DNA from: Ginglymostoma cirratum
Lineage: Eukaryota
Length of the DNA stretch: 64,000 bases
Assembly (NCBI GenBank): GCA_024137785.1
Contig: JAHRHZ010000018.1
Location: forward strand, 35,566,166-35,630,165
Direction: 5' to 3'
How positions within the stretch are numbered: the stretch's first letter is position 1; the number at the start of each line of letters is the position of its first letter. The position numbers and the translations under genes are program-made. The notes under the pieces were generated by a model. The model worked only from the letters and a program-made list of their open reading frames with translations, had not been told where the DNA came from and did not search any database. Below, piece by piece: positions 13,373 through 27,439 of the stretch.

Positions 13373-14199
13373 TTCCATTTCCTTCTGCTCCAACAAAACA
13401 TCACTAACTTCATCAGCCTGCTTTTCCTGTCCTGTTTAGCAGTTTCTCTGTTGGCTCTTTTAAAATGAAAAATATACTAAACGAATTCATGATCGGCATT
13501 TTATAGTTCCTGATTCAGGGCAGGTATAAAGACTTACAGGACTGAAGTAATTGAGGCTTTGAAACCAAAATAGCATAACTAAAGTATTTTAACAAAATTG
13601 AGAGGCGGTGTTAATGTGTAGGGTGAGCACAGAAAGAGTAGCACACTATAAATTCGTAAGCACAAAATGCTGCAATCTAACACTAATTTATTAAATTAAC
13701 CATGTAAAACACTTAAAAATCTTAATGTTGCACAGTTATGGGAGTTACATTTCACATTGCTTAGAAATGTGCATTAAAGGAAGAATCTTAAGAAACTGAG
13801 TAATTGTCAGCAGTTTTATGCACCTCGTGCTACAAGATTGCAAATTGTAAAACATTGGTGGAATTTGAGTTTATATTTGTATATTGTAGAATTTATATTT
13901 GTGCAAAGTGCTGTGAAAAAATAAGATTTTTTTAAAAAATCAAGACTGTTGTAATAGTGATTATATTGTGAACTGGGATGCTGTAAAGCAGGAAATATTA
14001 ACCTAAAATAAGACAAACAAAATACCTAGATCTTCTTGTAAACTGGATGTACTCCCCACCAAATGCTACTTTCCACTGTTCAGTTTACCTAAGTTATGTA
14101 ATTGGATATTTACAAACGCAAATTTATCCATCTTCATTTTTCATTACAGTAATATATATTGTGTTCAGTTGTTGTAAGCTCCGCCTAACATCTGATGGG

Positions 14200-14942
14200 A
14201 TACCAAACCCATGAATCATGAGCTGGGATGTTACTAGGTGCAGGGAGTGGGTAGGAAGGGTGTGGTTGGGTGTTTTGGGAACATAAAATTAGGTGGGATG
14301 TCAGGGGTGGTGTGCTTATTGCCTGCACACCGTTGGTGTTTTATAAGTACCAGGGGAAGGTTGTAGGCAGCCAAGTTCACCTTGGGGCAATTGAGGCATC
14401 TTTGGGCCCATTAAGGGCTACCTTAGAACTTGTTCCAAATGCCGTTGGTATTTTACTTGGGGACTTGGCCACAAGGGGATGCCACTTGTTTGCTCTGGCA
14501 GCCTCCTCAGGAGTGAGCCAAACTGATCGTGCACCTAATAGTCCAGGGAAGACCCAAAACCGCTTTGTGAGACCTGCCGAAATATTCCACTCCCACGCTC
14601 TGTCCTAATGACTAATCCTTGCTTCACCCTTGCCCAACTCACCTAGGCCTGCCTGACTGGTTGCAGTGACTCCCACAATACCATTTGTGCACAGGGGCCT
14701 TCGGTCTCCTGGATGCTCCAGACCAGTTACAGTACTAGAAATGACCACTACTCCTGACAGCACTTAAGCGACTGAAGAGCTATCAACCATCTGATTATCA
14801 GACAGCTCTTCAAGTAGGCCTTATTCCTTAAAGGAGCACTTGTCCCAAATTGAGGCAATTTGTTACCTGATGATCATAAAATGCAGTCCCTGACTCTCCG
14901 TTCAATGGACTGGGCCACTGCTACCCTGAAAAATTTTGGGCA
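14200..14942. mobile_element. Degenerate non-autonomous DNA-transposon-like repeat
   Basis: GC-richer block ending AAAAATTTTGGGC. The CAATTGAGGC..CCCATTAAGGGC and CTGATT motifs resemble the reverse of those in 10826-11460. Confidence 0.4.
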
Positions 14943-15202
14943 ATATGGCTGGCATTGTAATTTCAAATTTGAGCAAATGTTGAGGGCAACCCAAGCCTGA
15001 ACTTACTTTCTCGTTCTTTTGTCAAGTGACCAATCTAAAATGCTCATTCATTCCTTTCTGAGTGGAATCAAATGCCTGAATATGACCCTTATGTACGTAG
15101 CCATTGAAAGTGGTCTACATAAGTGGAACCTAATTGTCAAATTAAGCACGCCATCTTGTGCTGGCATTAAAGCTGCTCTCCTATCTAGACAAAATGTCAC
15201 AT

Positions 15203-15857
15203 GTAGAGAAGGTGGTTACGGTGTTTAGCACGCTTGCCTTCATTGCTCAAACCTTGAGTATGGGAGTTGGGATGGCCTGTTGAGGTTGTACAGATAGTTG
15301 GTGAGGCTTCTTTTGGAGTACTGTATACAGTTCTGGTCACCCTGCTATAGGAAGGATATCATTAATTTGGAGAGGGTTCAGAAAAGATTTACCAGTATGT
15401 TGCTAGGAATGGAAAATTTGCGTTATAAAGATAGGCCGGATGGGCTAGGATACTTTTCAAAGAAGCATAGGAGGTTGAGGGATGACCATGTTGAGGTTTA
15501 TAAAATCATGAGGGGCATTGATAACGTGAATAGCAAGGACCTTTTCCTTAGGATGGGGGATTTCAAAACTGGGGCATGTTTTTAAGGTGAAAGGAGAAAG
15601 ATTTAAAAAGGACATGAGGGGCAACATTTTTTACACACGGAGTGGTTAGTGTGTTGAATGAATCGCCAGAGGAAGTGGTGGATGCAGGTACAGTCACAGT
15701 GTTTAAAAGGAATTTGAATAAGTACATGAATAGTAAAGTTTGGAGGGATGTGGGCCAAATGCAGGCAAGTGGGATTAGTTTGTTTTGGGAACATGGTCGA
15801 TGTGGACTCGTTGGACTGAATGGTCTGTTTCCTTGCTGCATGACTCCATGTCTCTAA
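15203..15857 (+). mobile_element. CR1-clade LINE, 5'-truncated 3' fragment
   Basis: LVRLLLEYCIQFWSPCYRKDIINLERVQKRFTSMLLGM...RRLRDDHVEVYKIMRG is the CR1 ORF2 C-terminus, frameshifted. 3' tail GGACTGAATGGTCTGTTTCCTTGCTGCATGACTCCATG. Confidence 0.92.
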
Positions 15858-18800
15858 ACAAACAGATTAATAGTTTCATTCTCTGTTAATCAGATGGAAC
15901 AAAGGTTATACAAGTATCTATTTTAATATTTAACCCATACTTTAGTTTTCCACATTGCTCTTGTGCACGTATGTTTTCATCTTGACCACTGTTTGGCATG
16001 TCGAGCTGGGATATTGAAGTGTCCCATGAAGAATTTACAGTTTAGGCAGTGGCTACTTCTTGACATAACTATCAGGGGTAGACCTTTTGAGACTGAGTTA
16101 GATTGGAAAATTCTTCACAATACTTTGGGACAATTATTGAGACTTGAAAAGAAAAATTCATTGCATGTTTCTGCAAAAATGTAATCAGTTTTGATTTCGA
16201 TACCAACTCAAAGTTGTGCACTCTTTAAAAAGTGGGATCAAGCATTTCTTGTTAGGACCTGCAATACTTGGAGCATGCAATCTGGTCCAAACAAACTTCA
16301 ACTTCAACATGAGAATTAAAGTTGCTGCGTAAGATGTAAATGTCCCAGCCATCTTTGAAGATATGTGTGTTTGACATATTTCCTACCAGTGCCTTTATAC
16401 TTCCAATGTTTTCCTATTTGTCTCCATGAGGATATGTGCTGTGACAAACAATGCATTAAATTATTTACTTTTATGTAATTGCCAAATGTTTTGTGAGGAA
16501 TACCCTTATTATTAAACTAATACATTTTATTTAATAAACAAATATAAAACAACCTCAGCCTTTCCTCTGCTAAAACGGGGAAGCTATTCCTTCCTGTGCT
16601 TTGTCACTTCAAGAGCAAAAAGCACAATAAAGAAAGTGGAAGGTGAGAACAATAAGGCCAGTTAAGTGGATTATTAATATTGTACTCAAAGTGATATAAA
16701 ATGATACAAAATCAGGACTAGTGTTAAAGGCTGTGTATATTATATTTTATGTACATATACACATTATTTTCATAGCTTACATTAAAATATTGTTGAAAAT
16801 GTACATTATAAATTACTCAGCTGAACTGATTAAAGCAATAAGTAATGAAGTGGCTCTGGCACTTATAGGAATGAGGTTTTAGATCTTTTATACTGGGATT
16901 TAAGAGGCTTTATTTAGAAATCTTCTCAAAGCTAGCCACTGAGTTAGGATTTGAACATTCCATTTTTAAAAAAGTAAACAATAAGTCAAATTTGCTTTTG
17001 AGGCATTTGTTATAGCAGATGGCCTTCTTCAGATTTAAGATGCTTTACAGATGGGAGTTGCAGCAGCTTGCCCTGCCACCGCTACCTCTGTAGTTTGATA
17101 GATGGGTATAAATCTCAACAACCCTTTCTTGACAACCAATTTATAGAATCTGATCTGGTTAAAGACATGTCTTTCATACTCGAGCCACAGGAAATAGGCT
17201 TTTTTTTACAGTCTTGTTATACCCTATCAGATTCTCCTCTTAATGAAATTGGCTTTAATTACACGCTTGTTCCATCTCTCTGTGACCCCTTTAAATGTAC
17301 ATGTGTGAACAGACCCCGGTATTTTCCCCCCACATGAATTCATTAGGAGCCCTGATGGTTCTTAGTCTGACTGACATCTTTATTACTGAATCCAAGTGCA
17401 TAAAATCACCTTGTCACAGTGTCATCATAAAAAAAAAAGCGAAGGTGGTTACTGTGGAGTATTTGAAACGGGACCTAGGACAATCAGTGTATTAAGTCGG
17501 TATCTTAATGGCAGTAAAATCAAATGTGCCAACAACTTCACGACTCCCTGCTGCTGGCTGACAGCATGGTGCAAGATGCTAGGGCTAAACATTCAGTTAA
17601 ACAGTGATTGTGATGAAATGCCACTCCATGCTTAGCACAAAAACTGAACAGGTGTAGAGCTTGGTTTTTCTTTGCGGGCTGCAGGAGTGTCATAGTGAAA
17701 CACATCCTGTGCATTTTATTTATGAGGTATGTTGAAGTGTAAATGAAATCCTACACCAGACTGTGCAGTAAGTTGTGTGCCCATTTATTCAAATCTACTA
17801 CACTACACAACAGCAGTCAATTTTAGGGGATAAAAAACACTTTTTTTTTCAAAATTTGTGGGAAGAGCTATTTCAATTGAATGGCAGTTTTGTTCATGGG
17901 GAAATAATTTTATTTATTAGGGGCCATTTTATGAGATACTAATTGATTGCCAGTAATATCTTGTTACTTAGGACAACTAAATATAAGGGACACTTCTTCA
18001 TTTTTATTACTTAATCATTTATACAGGTGTTGTCACAGAGATGAAATCTATGTACAAGACATGAACAGCAGCAGTTAAAGCACCTGTGCCAATCTAAAAG
18101 TATATTTTTCTTTTTTTGCTAACATTGATTTAAACATTAATGGTTATGATCCCAAATAAGCCTGGTGTCATGGCAGGATTTTCATTTGTAGTTTGCCTTC
18201 TCACTTATTTCCCTTTTCTTTGTGTTTAATTCTTTACCCTCTTTGGTTTCCTTTCCTAACCTAAACACTTAAGATTCAAATTTGGGGTCAAGTTATCATT
18301 GTTTCCCAATTGGCCGGGTTCCCCTTCTAGTCAGTGGAACCTTGGTTATACCACGTAAACAGGAAGACGATCAAAGCCTAAGAAGCATACAAGGCACTCA
18401 AGCCTCTCATTGCTTTTGCTAGTGAAAGTGATAGTAGTAAATCTAGATGGTGGGTGGCTGCTTTTGAATCATCAGTGGTACTGATGTGCTGCGATACAAC
18501 ATGTCACAATCCTATGAGGATGCAGACCTATGGAGCGACTTCATTAGTAACCAATATTGTTGAAAGCTTTTTTATTCCCATTTCTTCATTTGGTTGCAGA
18601 ACTGAAGGGCAAAAAGAAAACCTTTGAACTGTTACTTCCTGCACTCAGTTTCCTCTATTAAATGATTGGAAAACCTAGGTAGGCAGGTCAGATTTATTTT
18701 ATATGGGCTCGTCTTTAGTCCGTGCTGTGATTCTGAAACCATGACCAGTGTCCTTTAATATCAAAAGGTTAACTGTAATTTTTGTCAAATTTACAAAAAG

Positions 18801-21800
18801 AAAAATACGCTGAGAGACTATTACTGTTTGAAAGGCAATAAAGTAAATTATTGCACAGGGAAAGGTGAATTTTACTGTTTTCTGTGATATATCTTGATTT
18901 TTCTGGATATACAGCACATTTTGACTTAACCTACACTGTTTTTTCTAAACAAAATTAGCAAAATGAGGTTGTATTTACAGAAACGACAACACTTCTGGTG
19001 AATGTAACTGAACAGGATTGCACTCTGCAAACTGGCAGGTGCAATAGAGAAAGACTTGTGAACTTTATTTGTAACGGTTCGAGCACTTGATATCCTTCCA
19101 TCAATTGTAGGATGTTGCTTAATTGACATGCAACAGAAATTGAGTAGGTGGGACAGTTAGTGAACAGGGTGAAGAGATAAATCTACTAAGATTCATAACA
19201 TTCTATAAACAGTGGGATTTTACATCAGTCACTTGATCGATTTGAGTTGGTTTATATTTGTTCTTGCATGGAGATGGGATAGAAATCTTGAGCTCTGCTT
19301 AAACTAATTGTTTTTTGTAGTTTGCTGAATTAAAAGTTTGTGTAAACTTTTCACACCGTAATATATTAATATAGGCTATATTTGTTTGTGTCAACTGTGC
19401 TCCTTAATCAGGAATGAAATTAACACCATGACAGCAGTTTGCATCCGACATTAAAATATGATTCAAACATTGTTTTTCTCTGACATGCTGCATTGGTTTG
19501 ATAAAAAATGCATATAGACTTGAGGAGTAATTTTGCAGAACGTTAGAGTAAAACATTGCATTAATGAACTTCAACTCTATTTATGCTATTTTCATCAGCA
19601 TTTGAAAATAAGTAAAGTTGAATTGGAAATTTAAAAATAGAAACAAGAAAGATGATTATTGTCACCATAACTGCCCCCATTCTCAATGCACAGAATACAT
19701 ATCACAGATCTTGACCTGTTACAGATGGGAGATATTTTTTCTTGTCCTTTATGCAAGATTCTTCCAGTCTGCACTTGACCCTTTCTAATTTATCTCTTTC
19801 AGACAATGTGTTCAGTTGCATTGTAGCAAATGTCATTTGCTTTATTGTTGTATTTCAATAGCCACTTTCTTGTCAGGAGAGTAAAGGACTGTGGTATGCT
19901 ATTAAGAGGATTGTGTGACATTATGTCAAATTCTGATGAGTCGTTGCAGTACTTAGCTCCTAGCTTTCCTCTTAACTCTTCTTGCTGTAATTTCTGCACT
20001 TTGCCAAGTTTAACTCTCTGAATTCCAAAAGATCCTTTGCGCCCTTTCATTGATTTTTAATATCGTAATATAACATTGTATTCCATGTCTTTCATTGTAG
20101 CAATTGACACTGTATGTGGAGGTAATTTTAAAAAAATGCATGCGCAATTTTCGAAGAAAAGAAGTGCATTTCTAGAACAGCACATTTCATTTTGTTCCCC
20201 TTTCTGACTGACTGCTTCTCATTCATTGATGCTCTGGAATTTAGTCCTAACCCATTAGAAATCTCAGATACAGCTGTAAAATGCTGTTGTTGCTGGAATA
20301 AAGAAGTGTTCCCTCCTCACCACTATGCCTTAATGCAATGATGATATGTTTGCTCTGGCAGTTGACAAGCCATTGTATCATTTAGATTCCATAATGACAC
20401 CTTGTCACATTGAAATGGTCATGTTTTCCCAAATCATATGTTATAGTGTTGATTCCTGACATACTGTATCATCTAGATGTGCTTTCTTTCCCTTGTCCAA
20501 GTTGAATGCGATTTGGTGCCATTTTCCTATTGACTGATCCATATTTTGGCACCTTGTGTAGAGAGTACAATTAGTTCAAGCAGAAAAGTGAATTACAGTG
20601 TGTTCTTCAAAGCAGAAACGTTAACATTGTAGCTGGATTCTTTCACTGGAGCACAAAAGAATTACAGTGATTACTTTCAGAACTGCTAATCTAAATTCAC
20701 AGAGGGTTGCTCCCTCAGTTTGCAGAATCTTTTCAGAGCAAGAAAAAAATTGCATTTGAATGAGATGGAGAAGGGAATTGATTCATAAGAATGTCTTCAA
20801 ATAACAGTCAGTTCGGATAAAACAACTTGCTAGTTGTAAGTTGCCACATGTCCAAAACTTGGTTGATTCTCAGATGAAAAGCAGTGCTTTTCAAAATCTA
20901 TTGTAAATGTCACTATTTTGAGAATACCTTATGCAATTATTACATTTTTAATTTTTTTTCTTAAATAGCAAGAGTTGTGTTGAAGCTAATTAGTATCCTG
21001 TATCCAGAGAAGAACAGTTAGGAAACCACATAATTCTGAAAAGGGGCTGTATTTTCCTGAGTTTGTGGTTTGCAAGGACACTTCTACTTGCTGAGCAGTA
21101 CTTATTGGTTTGCTTATGTGTTGGAAGATCAAAAATGGAGACAGCCATGCCCGTTTTGTCTAATTTTCCCAATAGAAATTATATTGAAAAATTTGAAAAT
21201 ACAGTCTAAATATGTGCATAGTGCTGCACTGTTTGTCAGGCAAGGTTTACTTAGTTACTATTGATATGTAAGCTGAAACATTTTCCAAAGGTTTTCACAA
21301 TTTAATAGATTATCTCATTTAAAGTGGTCATCCGGTTTGCAAAGTGCATGCCATTTTTATGACTGCATTGACTTGACTTAATATTGTTTTGGCAAATGAC
21401 AAAAGGAGGATTTTGTTTTCTTCCATTTGCTTGCTTCTTTATTGATGACTTGCCACCTTGGGAAGGTATGATGGTCCATGTCATAGGGACCTTCATGACC
21501 ATAGGCAATCCCTGAAGCATAAAGAACTCAGTGATGCCAATTTCTCTTGTTCCCTGCCCAACAAAGTAGGAACAGAATTCACTCAACTGAGGCCAGATAG
21601 TCATCTTGAAGCATTGACCAGCATTTCAGCTAATGCCCTACAGGTCAAAGGGAAAATGGCATATTCAGTGGTCTTTTTAAACCATTTGCCAAACTTGAAG
21701 CTTATCAATAAGCTGTCAAGGCCATACATTTTTGTTCTTATTGCACTTAAAATTGATCAGGAATGCAGAGTTCAGGCCTCTTGTAGAATCTGCAGTGCAC

Positions 21801-23610
21801 TATATATGTTAAAACCTTTAGGAGTCATCAAACTTATTGGGAAATCCAAAAACTTTCAGGTACCAGTGAATAATGTGTTACAATGTACTGCTCATCAATG
21901 GATGTACATGTAACTAATGAGGTTATTTATTATTTTGTTTTGTTTTACTTTTAATCTTGTCCTAAACTTGTTAATCTTTTAATATATTGTCTTGAAACAT
22001 ACAAAAATGTATTCAACGTATTTGGAGATAAAATAGTTCTATTACCTCAAGGTAGATAACGTTCTTATCGCAAGTGGATACCCAGGGGGGAGCTGAGCAA
22101 ATGAAGGAAATAACTAGTTAAGGCAAAACATTAAATCTTGCTATTACTTAGCTGATTGCAGTTTAACCAATAGCAAGTTGAAAATAAAACTGTAAATACA
22201 CCTTTTTTTTGAGTAAAAAATGTCATGCACCTTGCAATTTGTTAATTGCATTTGGTCATTCCTTTAATTCTAGGATTTTATAGTTGTTTTTGGATTTATC
22301 TTCAACAGATTATTGGTTGTCTTCTTCAAACATTATACTGTGTTATAGATTTCTCTTTGTTCATATAAAAAGGTGTTAAAGCATCGAGCTGTTCTTTCTG
22401 TCCAGCTCTGGTGTGATATCAGAGGGACATTCTTTAACCAGACTGCTTGAGTCAAAGACCTTGCCTGCAACAAATTTTCCTTGCAGCCAGTACTTTAATG
22501 AGAGCAGTAATTAATTGATATCTCTCCCATCCCTTGACTACCACTCGGGGCAAAGAGTGGGGATTAAATTTTTCCCAAGTCAACATTAGAGAGAGCTGAA
22601 TGTGCATTGACTTACAACAGCTCTGTGAATTCTTCTAATTTAGAGTACTTACTCTTCCACTTATTACATTGTAATTACTGCTCTCCAATACATTATGTTC
22701 ACAGACTTCAGTTTGAAATTATTAGTGCACTCTCCCTCTCTCCCCTTGAAATTCCATGGCTCTATTAATGTGGGACTGGAACATGTGCAACTATCTATAA
22801 ATTCAGTTGTCAGGTGCTGGTTTTTATTCTGGTCTACAGTTGAATTTAAAATTAGAGGCACTAAAATTCACATTAGCAGCAAGAGCAATGGAATTCTAAA
22901 AACTATATTTAACAAAGAAAACCTTTTCTGTCAGAAAAAAAGCTATTTGGGAGGTTATGATCTTATCCTTTTGTGGGTGAAGAATTGACTTCATTCCATT
23001 TTGTGCTGTCAATGCAAAATTTGATGTCACTCTGCACCGAGCACCGAGATTTGGTTGTGTTTTTCAAATGGGGGTTAATTTGTGTCAATTGAAAAATTAT
23101 TCAATCAATCTTTGGGGATTTTTGTCATTGTACTTTTTTGTTGCAAGTTTCCTATTAGCATTTTGAGACAACTCGCATTTAAATCTCAGAGTCTTAACCA
23201 TGTAATTGCTTCAAGCCTAGCTGTGCCTTGTTTCGCCTAGCATATCTGTTCTTTTAAAATCTTACCCCTGCTTTTTTTTTGAAGCAACAAGGCAGAAACA
23301 ACAGATAATATTCAGATTGCGCAACAGTTAAAAATATGTGCTATGATGCATAGAATTTGAACGAGAGAAATTATATTGTGGAGGGAAGCAGTTGAGACTG
23401 ATTTCTTCTCCCCACCTCCGCGTTCCCCCACCCCCACCTTTAGGTTTTGTTTACCACCTGTCTCAAGCTTTGATAAACCTCTGTCATGCCCTTATGCTGA
23501 TTATGTTCGTGTAGAACAACTTGTATTGACTAACAAATGAATGATGCCTGGTCCCTTGCCTATCAGAAAGCCCCTAAAGAATGTTGTTTTTAATTCAATG
23601 CTTTTCACAG

Positions 23611-24023
23611 GCTTCTCTGCAGAATGTCAGCCAAGGATCGACACATTGATTCGAGCTGCTCATCATACATTAAGACAGAGCCATCCAGCCCTGCTTCACT
23701 GACAGATAGTATCAATCACCACAGTCCAGGTGGCTCCTCAGACGCCAGTGGGAGCTACAGCTCCACTATGAATGGACACCAGAATGGCCTGGACTCTCCC
23801 CCACTCTACACGACGACCAACCTGGGCAGCAACGGTAGCTCCCGTAAACGGTATGACGACTGTTCGAGCACTATAGCTGAAGACTCACAGACCAAGTGTG
23901 AGTACATGTTGAACTCCATGCCCAAAAGGTTGTGTTTGGTCTGTGGCGACATAGCATCAGGATATCATTATGGTGTTGCTTCCTGTGAGGCCTGCAAAGC
24001 ATTCTTCAAGCGCACTATACAAG
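23611..24023 (+). CDS. ESRRG: ERR-gamma coding exon: N-terminal A/B domain plus first C4 zinc finger (413 nt)
   Basis: Acceptor ttttcacag|G at 23610 and donor CAAG|gtaata at 24023. Reads (x)[66 protein letters not shown]...[42 protein letters not shown](G), with ATG at 23624. Has the ERR-type P-box CEACKA and the phospho-SUMO motif IKTEPSSP. The N-terminus matches vertebrate ERR-gamma rather than alpha or beta. Confidence 0.97.
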
Positions 24024-26406
24024 GTAATATTTCTTTCCAATTCTGCCTAACGTTGTTACACTTTTAAGAAAAAGAAAAGTATGCTGTTATGATACATGTT
24101 AGACAAGTACCCCAGCATGTGTACTTAGTTTCAATACCAATGAAACAACTTTACTTTTTTTCAAGTTTCTAATTAATTCATTGATCAACTGAAATTAGAT
24201 CTAGTTACCAGTGGAAAAAATAAGTTTGTTCACTAAATTGTCTGAAGAACTAGCACCTTAAAGTAATCAAACAGTTTACAAATCTTTCCATAGATATATA
24301 TAGAGGCCAACAGTTTCCTCAGGAATAATTGACATTTTTATTATTCGATATTCTATTTAGTAATTTCCACTAATTTTACCAGGAAGCAGCTCATTGTTTT
24401 CAATTAGATCTGTGCAGGAAAGTAACAACTTAAAAGTTCAAAATTGCTTTATCCAATCAATATTTCCCTGTACTTTTGAAAAAAAGTACAGATTTTCTTC
24501 AAAAAAGATGTTGACAGGACTGATTACACTGTCCTTATTCTTTAGCTGTGATTTGTCCATGCTAAAATTTGGCCAATCTTTTGTGGTTCTTAGCAAAAAA
24601 GAACAACTTTATTCTCTCTTTATTTAAATGTTTACCACTTTCTTCAATATAACACTCATTTCTGTTGACTAAAAATTGAAATTGCAATGTAAATATCTTC
24701 CTTTGTGGTAAAACTTGTGCATTTTTTTCCTATCATTCAAGATTAAAATGAACAGTTAATGGTGTGTACAGTAATTAATGACTAGTTAATGATGCATTTG
24801 TAATTAATGATGAGGATAGGAGATTGAAATGTTAAAATAATTTTTGGAAAAACACATTTTTGTAGCATCTTTCTCACAGGTAAGTCTTACAATTAACAAG
24901 TTACCTGCTCCTTCTAACCTTTCATTGATCTAATTTCTGTACAAGGCATTCACATAAATTGTGATGAGATAGAATTATTTTAAAAATAGCATTTATGATT
25001 TACCAGAACCTCGGCCCCGAATAGTTTGTGCATACCTTGCATCATCTGTCAGATATCAATTTGATAGTATCAGCCATATGATTCTAACTTCTTTTGACGT
25101 GAAGTATGATTTCTTATTTAAGCTTATGGTTACATTTAAGATGACTGGAATTTTCTATTTTTGCACAACATTTAGTGCTTACCAGACCTTATAACACATG
25201 TGGCAGCATAATACACAACACAAAGCCATTGCAGCAAAGCTCCTGCTCTCCACTAATACCTGAATCCATTAGATTACTGCATTTGTGGTAGTGCATCACC
25301 ATTTAATTTCTCAGTGTATCTACAGGTAATTAGGTTATAATGGAATCAGTATTTGGTCACTAATTTTGTTTTTTGCTCAGCATCTCCTACCTCTGGCCAC
25401 ATTAGTGTCTACTGTGCTCAGTGATACTGGCCTGTAAGGTGCTCCATCATTGCCCCATATGCTACATTATGCAGACCAATTGCTGTTTCCATTTATGTGG
25501 CTATGAAGGCACTTTTACAGCAAGTTACAGATTGCATCTCACCATAAATGTTTCCATAAATGGACCCCAGTAGATTTTCCTAATTCTTAATATCCTCATT
25601 TAAGCAAATATAAATGAGAGACAGAAAGAATATTTTATTCTAAAAGAAAAATATTAACACTTCTAGACCATACGCCAGTTTTCTGCTGGTGACATTGATG
25701 GTGCTCAGTGTTCAAAAAAAATCAATACATCTTTAAGAATGTTATTTTTTCTTTATGTCTGTAAACATTGTTAAGCATTTTAATGATTAATTTTATTTCC
25801 TGCCTTAGAGATTGTACAATTTTCATCTGCTAAATACAAGTTGAATTGTAACATTTTCTCCTAAGCAGTATGTATATGTGAATAGATTTCTTTCCAGATC
25901 TGTTGTTTTAAACAAGGTTTTACATTGAGTGAGGAGTTTTCAGTGTTTAGTCTCTTAGTGTTCCACTAATCTGTTATTTAATGAGGAAGCATCGGCTCAG
26001 AGAAGGGTAGTCAATATAAATCAGTGTTTACAAAGTGTGATTAACTCTGAAATATTTCATCAGAGCTGCTGTCCCAGGTGGATGCGGTGCTAATTACAGG
26101 GAGTTGCATATGTTTCTAGGGGAATGTGATGGACCCTGAGTACTGCTAACATGTAGTATCAAGGTTACAATTACACTCACTGCCAACCTGCCTTGTCTGC
26201 ACTAGCAATTTATGCACTCTGTGTGATGACCCTCCTCTCCAGAGGACAATAAACAAAATGCATTTTCATTAAGACACTAATGTATTTAACCACAGAGGAC
26301 CAGAGAAGGATGGGGAGGAGGGTAGGAAAGAGAGCAAAGAGAGGGAGGAAGAGTGGGACTGATTTAAGAAATCAGCAGATATCCAAGCTCTGTGTTCTCA
26401 AATTAG

Positions 26407-26667
<261 letters not shown>

Positions 26668-27415
26668 TAAGAAAAGAGCTTTAAATACACATTTTGGGTT
26701 CTACAGTATAATGTAAGATGCAGTAATGTTTCTTTGGATTTTTTTTGTTTTATTAATTACAACTGAATAGAAAAAACTTAATATATTTTAATACTAATAA
26801 ATATAGCATATGCAGTGTTTGCAAATCTGCGCAGGTAAGTTAAATAAATCATATAAACCAGATATATATTTATAGCAATTTGATACGTGCAGCTGGTATA
26901 AAAATCTTTCTTCATTAAAGCTTATTTTATTTTATTCAACGTATTTGAATTGCCTTATTTAGAAGTGATATTTGTTGCAGGTGAGGTACAGTTCATAGTA
27001 TTGAAAAAATGTAAATAATTTTGACTGAAAGTGGTTCATTGGTCTCACTAAACTCATTGATTAATACAACAGCAGAAATTTATGAAAACTGGGTATTTGA
27101 CTTTTTCTCCATATGTTTATTTAAGTATAGAATCTGACTGAAAAAAGAGGCTTCTAGTCAAACAGTGCTCTTCCAATTACAAGGTAGAGAGTTCAAATCC
27201 AGTTTTATTTCAACTTGCTTCTCAATTCCTAGCAGACTTCACCAGACGGAAGATTACCCGTGAAAATGAGACATTCAATCTTGAGCTCGTGGGGGTGGAA
27301 AGATTTTGTGGTGGGAAGGAGTGTAACTGATGCAGTCTAGGCCCCCCCACCTGAGTTTCACCTCTTGACCAATCATTCACAAAGCCGTATTTATTACAGG
27401 CATTGACACAGCCAT

Positions 27416-27439
27416 ACACACACACACACACACACACAC
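27416..27439. repeat. (AC)12 microsatellite
   Basis: Directly visible. Confidence 0.95.

Noticed and set aside
23408-23440. C-rich tract that could form a G-quadruplex on the minus strand
   Set aside because: The G-runs are irregular, and there is no evidence of function from sequence alone.
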